Assembly: GCF_000143415.4 (NCBI RefSeq)
Contig: NW_003314301.1
Location: 344,259 to 408,258 of the forward strand
Origin: Selaginella moellendorffii
Taxonomy: Eukaryota; Plantae; Lycopodiophyta
Direction of reading: 5' to 3'
DNA: 64,000 nt
The notes beneath the pieces were generated by a model. It was not told the DNA's origin. It searched no databases and was given only the letters and a program-made list of their open reading frames with translations. This document shows, piece after piece, positions 1-12,700 of the stretch (its first letter is position 1; every line of letters begins with the position of its first letter). Both the position numbers and the translations under genes were made by a program.

Positions 1-827
1 TGTATCGTGGCTGCTATAGAAAACCCATGCTCAGGATGCGTCTGCTTCAAAATCCAGAGACCAGGGTTAGGACCTGTGCCTTTAGCGTTTCCAGTAACGT
101 CGCTATCAGACTCCAGAACGCCTCGCACAGCTTCATCGGTTTCGCTATCAGACTCAGGAATGCCTGCGGCGCATTGTTCAGAGCCTCCCCCAACATACTC
201 TCCGAGAGCCTCAATGCTGGCGATTAGAAACGCAGCCATCTTGAGTGCCGTTGCGTCTCTCGTACAGATCCAGTCGGCCAAATGTGGAGTTCGGCCGGGC
301 ATTCCAGCCGAGTCAACCTTCATGCAGGAGACATAGATGGTGTACAAGCCTTTCCTGTGAAGCTCACACACGAGCCTTGACTTCCCCCAGCCGCTGCTCT
401 GCACCACAGCAAAGTACGGCGCAAGATACCTGGAGCCGGGCGTTATCCAGGTCTCGTAATCCTGCTCGATCTTACGCCACAGCTCCTCCAGTATGTCCAT
501 GTCCTGAAGCGGATAGTCGAAGAAAGCTTTCTGTGCTATCCCCATGCCCGGCGCTGCTTCTCTGCGAGGCCGCCGCATGCGGACGTTGCTAGCTTTGTTC
601 TCATTCATGCTATCCACCGCAGCCAGAAATTCCTCCCTAGTGCTGAAATTTGCTAGCCGCATTCGCTCATTTCCGTTCTCGTACAGCCAATCCGCAACTG
701 CTTCTACGTCCCCAGATGCAAAATTCGATCGCACCCATGAAGCGGTAGCGCTCAAGTGCCTGAGGTCGTTCACAGTTGGAGGCCTGAAACTTGCTGATTC
801 AAAGATCTCCCTCGCCCGTTTCACCAT
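1..827 (-). CDS. P-loop NTPase of the Crinkler/CR-effector-associated type, 5' part; ORF runs off the left edge
   Basis: Manual translation from ATG 827 is open for 275 codons: MVKRAREIFES...YLAPYFAVVQSSGWGKSRLVCELHRKGLYTIYVSCMKVDSAGMPGRT... The Walker A variant QSSGxGKSR is at about 375-401. Absent from the ORF track because no stop lies in the window. Confidence 0.75.
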   Translation of the reverse strand, partial: MVKRAREIFESASFRPPTVNDLRHLSATASWVRSNFASGDVEAVADWLYENGNERMRLANFSTREEFLAAVDSMNENKASNVRMRRPRREAAPGMGIAQKAFFDYPLQDMDILEELWRKIEQDYETWITPGSRYLAPYFAVVQSSGWGKSRLVCELHRKGLYTIYVSCMKVDSAGMPGRTPHLADWICTRDATALKMAAFLIASIEALGEYVGGGSEQCAAGIPESDSETDEAVRGVLESDSDVTGNAKGTGPNPGLWILKQTHPEHGFSIAATI

Positions 828-1107
828 GGCCGCCGACAACTAACCCTAAACCTGTTTGTAGGTATGTAAACAGTTCCGGGTTCGAAACCGGCTGTAAAAG
901 TCATGACTCTTGCCAATTCCATTCCCGGAGCGCACTGCCGGTTCTGCACGTTGCGATCCATGAAAAGATTTTTTCAGCAATACCACACACAGGTAAACTC
1001 ACTTTTTTGTGCCACACTCAAAGTTTTGGCATCTCTCCTCAGATCATGCCTTAGTATTGGAATAGTTGGTCAATAAAATGGCTTGGGTTTGGTCAAGATT
1101 CCAACAG

Positions 1108-4100
1108 ATGCCAGCTTAGCTTCATGCTTTACCTCTGTTTAATCAAGAAGCCGAGTAAGATGTATACCATTATATATGGATAAAAAAAACTATATTATTA
1201 TATGCTACTTTATTATTGTTGTAAGTCTATACCATCCAAACCGTGGAAACAGTAGAAGTCATATTTAATTAACATGGCATTTAAGGTGTGATGTGGAAAT
1301 GTATGGATATTCCCTAGGAATTGTAATAGGAGAAATTGCACTAGAGGATAGTAGAGATTTGAAAGAAATAAATGGGAGAGCTAGTTTCAATTTGGACCTA
1401 TAAGACGTTCCCATGGAAACCATATCTTTATATAGGTCCTTTGTTAGTGTATTTGTCTCCATCTACTACCAAGTTGCATAAAACTTATTGTTAAAAAGCT
1501 ACAGGAAACTCATTATATAGGGGCTTTGCAATGCTTAGTCTTTCACCAAGCAATGAATGTGGCATAGGTATAACAATTTTAGGAATGGAATCATGTGGTG
1601 GTTCCATGTTATCCAAGAGATAGAAAGTGAAAGTTTTTATAATCTTGCCATCTAACATCTTTTCCAAGCTTGCAAAGGGGTTTGCTATTAGGCCAAGATC
1701 TTATTTTATAACATGTTACATGATTCTAATATGGCATGATTCTAATATGAAACTTTGACAAGATTGGAAAAATTCCAAGCAAGGCTATAAAAAGACTTGA
1801 TGAGTCTTTATTTCTTAACAAATGGACTTGCATATGTAATGCATAACTACTGTCTTTACTGAAAGTGTGAAAGAGACCCTTTGTGAAAGATGAACTATGA
1901 GAGATTAATTCCTTTCCTCATAGAGTTTTGGTCATGCAAGGCAATTACTTAAGTCACTGTTACAAAACCATGAAAATCATGAATGGAGAATCCAAACCTT
2001 AATCATGGTTTAAGATTTCAAATGGAGTACATCATGAGATGGTTATCAATGATTTCTTCTACATGATTCTCAATATAGTTGTGAGAAGCAATTCTATACT
2101 ATTTCAATTTGAAAATATAGCCTTCAATAGTAGTTAAAGCAAGCAAATAAATTATTCACAAATGCAAGTTTAGGTCTATTTCTTAGGGTATAAATTGGCT
2201 TGGCTAAGTTCAAGACATAATTATGCTCCTTAATTCAAGCTTCCCAAGAGGTTATCCATCTTAATACTATTCAAACCCCTCAAATATTTATAGAAATAGA
2301 GGTGCATTCTTGTTCATCCCTCCATATTTAAACCACAATGGATCATATTTCAAATTGGTCACTTTGGTTGTTTATAGTAGAAAGGATTTTAGAATGTTTA
2401 TAAGACCCAGATGTGGTTACAATAATGCCCTAGTATTAAGGACAATGGATGCTTCATGCTTGAGGAAGAGATTCAACCACATAGAGATTCAACCACATGC
2501 CAGCTTAGCTTCATGCTTTACCTCTGTTTAATCAAGAAGCCGAGTAAGATGTATACCATTATATATGGATAAAAAAATTTATATTATTATATGCTACTTT
2601 ACTATTGTTGTAAGCCTATGTTATCTAAACTGTGAAAACAATCAAAGTCATATTTGATCAATATGGCATCTAGGGTGTGATGTGGAGATGCACAAATATT
2701 CCCTCAGAATCGTGGGAGGAAAAATTACACTAGAGGATAACAAAAATCTAAAAGAAATTAGTGGGAGAGCCAATTATAAAAAAGAAGATGATGATAGGGA
2801 AGGGTTAGGCTGAACGTCACCCATTTTAAAATGTTTAACAGTTTAAAAGTGTTTAAAAGTGTTTATAAAGTGATCTTAAAGAGCATAAGTGCTAATGAAA
2901 TTACACTTGGTATTTTGTGAGTTTTGAAGTGTTTTAAAGAGCTTTCTTTGTAACTCATGGTTAGCCACTAGTAACAAAACGTCCCTGAGCAATTTCATCA
3001 AGTAATCCTTTGTTATTTCTCTTGCAGTTGGCTAGATTCTTACATGGGCATAGCACAATAAAATTTACATAACACTTCTTGGCCTCGGGTCTAACAAAGA
3101 CTATTAAATCAAAGCGGCCAAAGGATAGCTGTAAACCCAAATAGATTTTGGGAGCTAGGAATAGAGTGCCATCTTTTCTTAGCTAGGAAAGTTTTTAGTG
3201 AGTAGGGTTTCTTAAATTTTGGTGTGGGGAGACTGGCAACTAGAAATTGCATGTGCATCTGACTAAGCAGCCAATTGGGTCCTCAAATCTCTGTTTGGAT
3301 CATAGTTACTCTTATGAGCAATAATCTTCACTTGAGAAATTGGCTTAGGTACATGTCCATAGAAGCTGGTAATTCTAAGACTTTAAACTCCTCTTTTCCA
3401 TAAGATTCTAGCTAGATTGGTAGTGATTTCATGAGGGAAGATTTCCATCCCCACTTATGCCTTGAACAAAATTTCTGCCAGGCAAGGGAGGAGTGAGTTG
3501 GGTGCGCTTGATGGATCTGGTTCACTGGACGCACATTGACGAGGTGCTGCCAATTCCTCGATTTCAAGAACTAAGTTTTGGGGGAATTGTGCTAGATTAG
3601 TGAACTTGCTTGTCTCCATCCTACTTCTTTGTGAGAGTTCCATATTTAGCTCATCCTTCCTTTTGAAAGGCCAAATTCTTTGAGGGTATGGTGTGCAATT
3701 TGAACAATGGGAGCATATATTAAACACAATTAAATCAATATGGAAAGTGATAAAGAAAACATTGTTGGCAGTTATTGTATGACCCATTAAATACATGGGA
3801 AGAATAGAAAAAAATATTATAAAATATTCTTTAGTGCAAGAAAATCATTCAATTTGGACCTATAGGATGTTGTCATGGAAATCATGTCTTTATATAAGTC
3901 CTTTGTTAGTGTATTTGTCTCCATCTTCTACTAAGTTGCACAAAATTTATTGTTAGGAAGCCGTAGAAAACTCATTAAATAGGGGCTTTGCAATGCTTAG
4001 TCCTTCACCAAGCAATGAAGGTGGCATGGGTAAACATGCTATAACAATTCTAAGAATGGAGTCATGTGGTGGTTCCATTTTATCCAAGAGATGGAAAGTG

Positions 4101-4951
4101 AAAGTTTTTATAATTTTGCCATTTAACATCTTTTCCAAACTTGCAAGAGGGTTTGCTATTAGGCCAAGATCTTATTCTATAACATACTACATGATTCTAA
4201 TATGGCATAGTATCCAAAAAGCAAGTGAGTAGAAACTTTGACAAAATTGGCAAAACTCTACCAAAGCAAGGCTATAGAAAGACTTGATGAGTCTTTACTC
4301 CTTAACAAAGACTCTATTCTTAGAATGCTGAAAGTGTGAAAGAGACCCTTCATGAAAGATGAACTATGAGAGATTAATTCCTTTCCTCATAGAGTTTTGG
4401 TCATGCAAGGCAATTATTTAAGTCATTGTTACAAAACCATAAAGATCATGAATGGAGAATCCAGACCTTAATCATGGTTTAAGATTTCAAATGGAGCTAA
4501 GATGGCTATCAATGATGTCTTCTACATGATTCTCAATATAGTTGTGAGAAGCAATTCTACACTATTTCACTTTAAAAAATATAGCCTTCAATGGTAGCTA
4601 AAGCAAGCAAATAAATTATTCACAAATGCAAGTTTAGCTTTGGATAAGGTATAGGGTTTGTGCCCTATTTTTTAGGGTATAAATTATTTTTTACCTGGCT
4701 AGGTTCAAGACTAATTCAAACTTCCCAGGAAGTCATCCATCTTAATACTATTCAAACCCCTCAAATATTTATAAAAAAAGAGGTGCATTCTTGTTCATCC
4801 CTCCACAATGGATCATATTTCAAATTGATCACTTTGGTTGCTTATAGTAAAATGGGTTTTAGAATGTTTATAAGACCCAGATGTGGTTAGAATAATGTTC
4901 AAGTATTAAGAACAATAGATACTTCATACTTGAGGAAGAGATTCAACCACA
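1108..4951. repeat. Degenerate direct duplications of an unidentified decayed repeat
   Basis: 1108-~1390 recurs at 2497-~2780, and ~1386-2481 recurs at ~3848-4951, with many transitions and no intact ORF. Confidence 0.7.
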
Positions 4952-5949
4952 TATTGATGTTTGTGAGTAAAAGTTCTAACATAATAACAACTGTACCACA
5001 AATATGCAATCTCTTATTCTTGCTAATGCAGCAATCTCTTCAAAGGCCAATAAGCATAATAACAAATGCTCTTAGTGGGCATTTATCAAATCTATAGAAT
5101 ATTCACCTTTAGTTTAAATATATTTATAAGTGTTTTAGAAGTAACTTATGAATAAGAGTGATTACCTCCTTTCAACCCACCACACCACATTCATCCCAGA
5201 TGTATGAACCAGAATTTTTGGTATGTGCTCCTCACAATGTCATTTCATACTTCAACCAAGGATCATCAAAGTCACATACATTGATGCAAGTTGTGTATGC
5301 ATGGAGACCAAAGATGGAACTCCAAAGCATATGCAAAAGAAAACAAGTAAACACCCAATTAATCATGCATGACTTTTCTCAATTGTTGTTGCAAGTTTGT
5401 TGGCAAGTTTTTGAAAATTAGAGTGACACCATTAGCTTGGAAGAGTCAAGGATGAGTGCTCTTTTTTGGCAAAAGGTGGCAATTATAAATATAGTTGCAT
5501 TGCTAGGTTCTATGGATTTCTTGTAAGTATGAGTAAAATATTTTCTGCCTATACTTGCGTTCTTGCTCTTGTCTACAAAATAGTAACCCCTTCAAAATAG
5601 ACTAAATTATTACTTAATCAAGCTAAAGAAAAACTTGAAAAAGAGAGAGAGTTAAAAGCATATTGAGTACATCTCAATGAAGTAGAGGAGATTAGAAATC
5701 TTAATACAACTTTGACGGTTATCCAAAATACATGAATTTATATGCTACTCCTCCTTAGCAACATCAGCATATAGAAAACACTTCTACTTCAGTTAGGAGT
5801 AGAGGAACACAAAACAATTGGAGTGATTCCCTAGGTAGAAGAGTTAAATATATAACCCTTACCCTTTGACAGTGATTTAGGTTTCTTTATGAACTAAATA
5901 TTTGTTTTGCCTATACTAATTGCTAAATAGAGCATTTTTTATCAAATTG

Positions 5950-7850
5950 TAATAAGTATAATAACAATTGTAGAAATGACAATAAGCACCATCATCACAT
6001 ATCTATCCTTTTCTGGAATTAAAAGAAAAGCTCCATAACTGTATATTGAACAATACATAAAAGCAATTAAATTTAATTAAGTAGATGGGCAAGAAAAGAA
6101 TCTTTTCCTCTATATACTCAAAAGAAAAGCCAAAAATTGGTACTATGACAATAAAGTTAAAAAATTTGTCATATTTGATGAGTCAACAAAATTTTTCTTT
6201 AAAGCTTTCTTCATGGAAACAAATCTAGGAGAAAACTATGATGAGTTACAAGAGTTTCATCAAGGAAAATCTGAAATAATTAAAGAATATACAATTCGAT
6301 TTAACAAGCATTTTAAGCATTGTAAAGACTTAGTTTTAGATAGAATGCGCCAACGCCTATACATATCATGAATATGCAATAAAAAGAGCTTATGTAGATT
6401 TCAATGACTTGAAAAAAGCTATAATTGCCTACCAAGATATCATAAAACAATATGACATGGTAGATATGGTAAAGTCAGATGAAAAAAAAACTCTTATAGA
6501 TAAAGAAATTAGTCATTTAAGAAACCTCAAATTGCAAACTAATTTTAAATAAGGGATTTTGTGCACCAGATACAAAAATGAAAGCTATAGCAAAGAAGAA
6601 TGCAAATTCTAGCTAATTAAGTGCCAAATTTATGAAAAAGAGGGGCATTTAGCTAAAGAATGTAGAATCTTGTTTAAACAATTAGTAAGCTAATAAGCTT
6701 TTTGAGTTGATAAAGCAATATGTAGGTAAAATTATCCACTTAACAATAAAATTTTTATAGAAGGAATAATTACAATAATAATCAAAATGCCAAACATGAA
6801 TACCCATGCATTGACATGCAAGGTGACTATTGAGATTATCTGTCTAAGGGTAATTTTGAAATTATTTACCTAGCTGTGAGGAAAATAAGCCTAAAGACTA
6901 TAATTGGCCTAGAAAATATGATTAGTATAGAGGTTACAATAAGCTTAGAGATTATGAAAGGCCAAAAGAGTATGATTAAACTAACACTTTTACTTGCTAT
7001 CCTAAGCTATATAATCAAACTAAATCATCAAGAAAGAATGATAAGCCTCTTAAGGATACATAACCTATAGCTAGGCAAGTTGAGGTAGAATGGTAAGATA
7101 TAGAAGAGCTACCTAGCATTTGTATTATGACCAAAGCCCAACAAAGAAGGGCTAAATCTGAAAGTTAAGATGAAGGGAATGATGATGACGTAAAAATCAT
7201 CCCTAACTCTTAATGCCATTAAAAGAAAAATATCAATGTAAAAATTATTGAACAACTCCAAGACTTGTAACCACAAGTTAATATGTCCTAGGGCTTTATA
7301 GATTGACATGAATTTACCACTAGCACAAAAGAAAAATTCTATACTAAAGCGAAATGACAAGGATGAGAAAAAGGCAGTAAAAGGTAATTTAAATGCTAAA
7401 ATTACACTCACTCTATGCCAACTTCTCACTATAGCATCTTACTTTATAGCTATATTGCTCAAAGACCTCTCGCCTAAGAAAGAAGAAACTTTAATCCTAT
7501 ATATGGACATTACAATTGAGTCAAAGGACTGTGATAATAAAGTTTCTAGAATTGATATAAAGATTGGCAAAAATTTATTATCTGAAACTTTTATCGATGG
7601 TAGCTCAAGTGTAAATATTTTAGAAGAGAATATTTGTAAGGAATTAGGCCTAGGCCCAATTTGACCATGATAGATGACAAGCCTATTGGAATTATTAGAA
7701 ATGTCTTAACCAATGTAGCTAGCCTAAAGTACATAATTAATTATGTCGTGCTTAAATGATACGACAATATTCTACCTACAAAACTCTACTAGGTAAATCT
7801 TGACTAAAAATTGCTTGTACAAACCAAGACAGAAAAAATAATTTTGTGCA
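5950..7850 (+). pseudogene. Highly decayed Ty3/gypsy gag-protease remnant
   Basis: Degenerate zinc knuckles at ~6560-6665 (CTRYKNESYSKEEC, CQIYEKEGHLAKEC) and an aspartic-protease-like motif FIDGSSSVNIL in ORF 7308-7664; many stops. Confidence 0.6.
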
Positions 7851-9654
7851 TATAGAGCAGGGCAACCGTCAACTTCATCAACTTTATCATTTCATATGAT
7901 AGTATTTATGCCATGTTAAATGCCTCTTTTAAAGAATATTATATAAATAGGTCACTCTTAGAACTAGTTAATTTCACTCTTAAAATATGGCTATAAAATG
8001 CTAGATTAAAAAACTCACAAAATCCCACAATTGAATAGTGAAAAATATTGATGTTTTTCTCATGCACAACCATGTTGATTTTGGAGTGGCTTTCACATTG
8101 AAAGCCTTGATATTTGGCTTGTTGTGCAAGTCAAGTAGCCGGAAGTAATAATAATATACTCATTACTAACATTTGATTACAAAAGTAACAGCCATAAGTT
8201 TATCAAAATCAACTAATAAAAGTGGCTATATATCAAATGCCACCAACTTAAATAGATATGAAACCACCACTATAACTATCCTTCTATAGTAGGAAGGGGA
8301 GTATTATAAGTTTGGAACCAAACACAATTATGCATATATTAAATAATGTCATATCACATCTTTGGTTAACAAAAAGACTTGCATATCTTCTTAATTACAT
8401 GATGATGTTTTATGTGCCTGCCTAGAATAGGATAGTCATGGTAGGTATAAAGAAAATGTAGAATAAAAATCAAAGACACTACCAATTGTAAATGGTAATA
8501 AAGATCAATTCTTATAAAATAAAAAGGTTGTCGTTAAAGTGATATTGAGAATGTAAATGCCAAAATAGCAAGTCATCAAGTGATATAGGATTTTCAAACC
8601 TATCATGAAGCCTTTAGATCCACAGCTCAACCTTTTAAACTTCATGAACCTTATTTAGAGAAAGTAATCCTTCTTCATATATTGTAGATATTGAAGATAA
8701 AATATAGCTAATGAAGAGGTAAATGTTTTATCTTATGTATCATCCCAGGTAAAATAAAAGAAGAAACCTTAGGCAAAATGGAGTTACGTTTAAGTTTAGG
8801 CATCGAAAGAAGAAAGTAATTAAGAATGGTAATAAAATCATATAGTATATAAATAGTACTTACATGTGTTGAAAAACAACCCCCACTTGTAAGAAACTAA
8901 ATTTTTCATTCTACTTTAGTCACTTAATCATATCTTCGACCATTTGGAAAAGTATTACTCACAACCTCTATAAGTTCTATTCTAGACTTGGGGCTTGCTA
9001 GCCTCAAGAATGCATCTATGCCACTCAACTTTTGCACTTGGTTTAAGTGCTTCATGTGTTTGATTCTATGACTGACACCCAAAAGTACCACCGACATATC
9101 AAACTGTTACGCTAAAGCCATGCCCATTCACCTTTGTTACACTGGTGGTTCAACACCACCTGCATCCCAATCCCGTCTCTCAAAGACTAGGCCATCCATC
9201 CATGAATGATCATTCTAGATCCACTCCTTAGCATCTTTAAGACACCTACAGACATGGGGAATAGTTGTCAGGAATCCCCCAAGTCTTGCCACATTCCTAA
9301 CTCTCGCCGGATTCCTGACCTGCAGACCCACATCAATATCAAGAATGTGGCTCGAGACTCAGGAATCGTACAAGAAATCAGAGAGTTAGGAATAGGGAAG
9401 TGTCTCGAGAGTCAGGAATAGGGAAGTGTCTTGAGAATAAAAAATGTGCGCCTCCTCGACCTCAACTATATTTAGGCCGTCCTTGATCCAAGAGTGGTGG
9501 AGCTTCATCAACCTATAGTATATATAAGTTAGCCTTGTTCCATTTCTCCACAATCTGAATCAACGCCAGTCTAAGGCTTCTTCTTTGTTTCCACTAGCTT
9601 TTCTCTTTGTCTTTTGTATTTTTCAGTCTTGATCTTGTTGGGGGTCTTGACAGT

Positions 9655-9669
9655 TTGATTCAGATTGTG
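9655..9669 (+). promoter_or_regulatory. Self-priming primer-binding site, complementary to the element's own predicted mRNA 5' end
   Basis: TTGATTCAGATTGTG (9655-9669) is the exact reverse complement of CACAATCTGAATCAA (9549-9563), which lies ~30 nt after the LTR TATA box (9519-9527). No TGG-type tRNA PBS is present. Confidence 0.85.
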
Positions 9670-9749
9670 TTTTTTGCTTTTGCTTTAGCTCATTTCGATT
9701 ATTTGATTGCCTTTGTCTTTTTCCCCCTTTTTTTTCTTTCTTCTTGCCG

Positions 9750-12700
9750 ATGGAGTCTCCAAGCCATCCTGATTTCTTTGCTGAAGTCCTTGCAAAAATC
9801 CAGTCTGAGAATACTGAGTTGAAGGCGACCCTTCTTCGCATGCAGCAAGAGCTTGCTTCACTTTCGGCTCAAGGATCTAGCAAAGTTCCTGAACCGAAGG
9901 TGAGTTTCCCGGCAAAATTTTCAGGCAAGCATTCGGAGCTTCGCGGATTTTTGAACCAAATGGAGCTGATCTTTGCACTTCAACATCGGCGGTACCCCAC
10001 TCCCGAGTCTCAAATCAGCGCGATTGGGACGTTGCTCGAAGGTGCAGCTTTGTCATGGTTTTCTCCTCTTCTGGAGAAGAGCATGAAAGGGGTCGTGGTT
10101 CCGGAGCTGATGGATCTTCAATTGTTCAAAGAGAAGCTCGAAGCATGTTTTGGCGAGACAGATCGGGTTTGGGCTGCTACCACAAAGATGAGACGTCTCT
10201 CTCAGGGGTCTCGTCCTGCCTCGATCTACGCTGTAGAGTTCCAACTCCTTGCCTTGGACACTCAGTGGGATGAGCGGGCCCTGATTGACCAATTTCGTTT
10301 CAGCCTCAACAACGGTGTCAAGGATTTATTGCTCACCATGGAGGATCCCAAGGACTTGTCGGACGCCATCAACAAAGCTGTTCAATGTGACAATCGTCTC
10401 TTTGAACATCGTTAGGAAAGTCGCCGCGCCGCTGTTTTTCCATCCCAGACTCAGGAATCCCAGCTTAAGTCTTCGGGGCATACTCCTGAACCTACTGCTC
10501 CGGTCCCGATGGATATTTCTGGTACTCCCCGACTCATTAGAGGGAAGTTGAGTCCTGCTGAGAAGCAACGTTGAATATCTCATAATCTTTGCCTCTACTG
10601 TGCTGATCCTAATCACAAAGCAGCTGTGTGTCCCAAGAAGCCTCCCTGACTGCTCGAGTTCATTCTGCCTCAAAGTCCACCTCTGTTGCAGTCGGGAAAT
10701 GACCCTGTCCAAACAGAGTAGGAGCTGGCTGTTTGGACTCCCCGAATAAAAATCACTTTTCTTCTTTATCAAGCTCCTCACCACCTTTCATCAAAGCCAC
10801 CACCAATTCCCGCAACTTCCGCGTCCCATGTCTCCTTTCTTTCACCGGACAATCAGGACTCAAGGCTTTGGCACTATTGGACTTGGGTGCAACTTCCTGC
10901 TTCATGGACACAGACTTTGCTGCCCGACATCACGTTCCTCTTTCTCCTACCATACGGGATCTGAGGGTTGAAGGCATCGGTGGGCATTTTGTGTCTCCAT
11001 CTTCTGGACTTAGGGAAACGTTGCCCGTTCGAGTACACATCGGGTCCACCGTCACCGATATCGCCTTCAACATCATCAACAGCAAGTCCTCCTCTGTAGT
11101 GCTCGGTCTTCATTGGTTCCAACTACATCAGCCTCAGATTTGTTGGAAGGAATTACAGCTCATCTCTCCCACATCACCATCTCCCATGGCTTCCCCTGCT
11201 GTTCATCGAGTCTGAATCAGGAAAAGTTCCCTAAACTCAAATCGGGGTTCTGTTCCTGACTCTACGAAGTTTTCACCCTCTTCTTTTTCCTCTCTTCCAT
11301 CTTACACTGGATAGTATCCTCGTCTCATCATTCCATTTAGTCGTACACCTCCTCCTATCTCCACAATCACTATGAAAGAACTCCTTCATGAAGAACCTAT
11401 TTTCCTTTTTGCTTTGCATGTTTTTCCTGTCAGTCTTCCTGAGAAGTATCATGATTTTAGGGATGTGTTTGACAAGAAAAAAGCTAGTGTACTACATGTT
11501 CATCGGCCTTATGACTGTCCCATTGATTTGCAGGAAGGAGCGTCACCTCCGTGGGGGCCTATCTACGGGTTATCCCCGTCCGAGCTTAAGGCCCTCAAAG
11601 AGTACGTGGATGAGAACCTTGCCTTGGGGTACATTCAGCATTTGCAGTCCCCGGCTGGAGCGCCTGTCTTCTTTGTCAAGAAGAAGGATGGGAGTTTGTG
11701 GCTAGTCATCGATTACCAAGGTTTGAACAAGGTGACTGTTTGGAACCGTTATCCGCTGCCCCTGATCTTGGACCTATTGGAACGCCTCGGCGGTGCCCGC
11801 TTCTTCACCAAGATTGACCTCCGTGGCGCATACAACCTGATCCGGATCCGGCCTGGTGATGAATGGAAGACTGCGTTCCGAGCCCGCTATGGCCACTTCG
11901 AGTACACTGTTATGCCATTTGGCTTGACAAATGCTCCAACAGTTTTCCAACACATGGCAAACGACGTCTTTCGAGAGTTTCTTGATCAGATGGTGATCGT
12001 CTACCTCGATGACATCCTCATCTACTCAAAAACTCAGGAGGAGCACGATGAACATGTACGCAAGGTGCTGGCAAAGCTGCGAGAACACGGCCTATACGCG
12101 AAGCTTGAGAAATGTTCCTTCGATCAGTAGTCTGTGGAGTTCCTTGGGTACATTGTCACTCTTGAGGGTATTACGATGGATCCTGCCAAAGTCAAGACTA
12201 TTCTTGAGTGGGAGCCTCCACAATCAATGTCGGACGTTCAAATTTTCCTTGGCTTCGCCAACTTCTACCACAAATTCATTGATCACTACTCTGACATTGT
12301 CCTTCCTCTCATGCATCTCACTCGCAAGGATGTTCCCTTCTCTTGGTCTACTGCTGCCCAGCACGCCTTCGACACACTCAAGGCAACCTTCAGTTCTGCT
12401 CCCATTTTGATCCATGCTGATTCCTCACAACCTTTCTTTATCAAGGCTGACACCTCCGACTTTGCCATCGGTGTTGTGCTGTCTCAACTCGAGCGGATCA
12501 AGAACTTCATTCGGTCGCTTTCCATTCTCGGAAATTCCAGCTTGCGGAGATCAATTACGAAATCCACGACAAGGAGCTCCTTGCCATCGTGGATTCCTTT
12601 GGAGAGTGGTGCCGTTTCTTGGAGGGGGGGCCATCAAACAACAGTCTGGGCGGATCACAAAAATCTCAAGTACTTTGCCACTTCCCGAGTTTTAAGCCGT

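Noticed and set aside
840-851. Telomere-like AACCCTAAA just upstream of both NTPase genes (also ~47580)
   Set aside because: Single telo-box motifs are common near plant gene starts; not evidence of co-regulation or of a telomere.
7-1054. Plus-strand ORFs in the track
   Set aside because: Antisense shadows of the minus-strand NTPase ORF.
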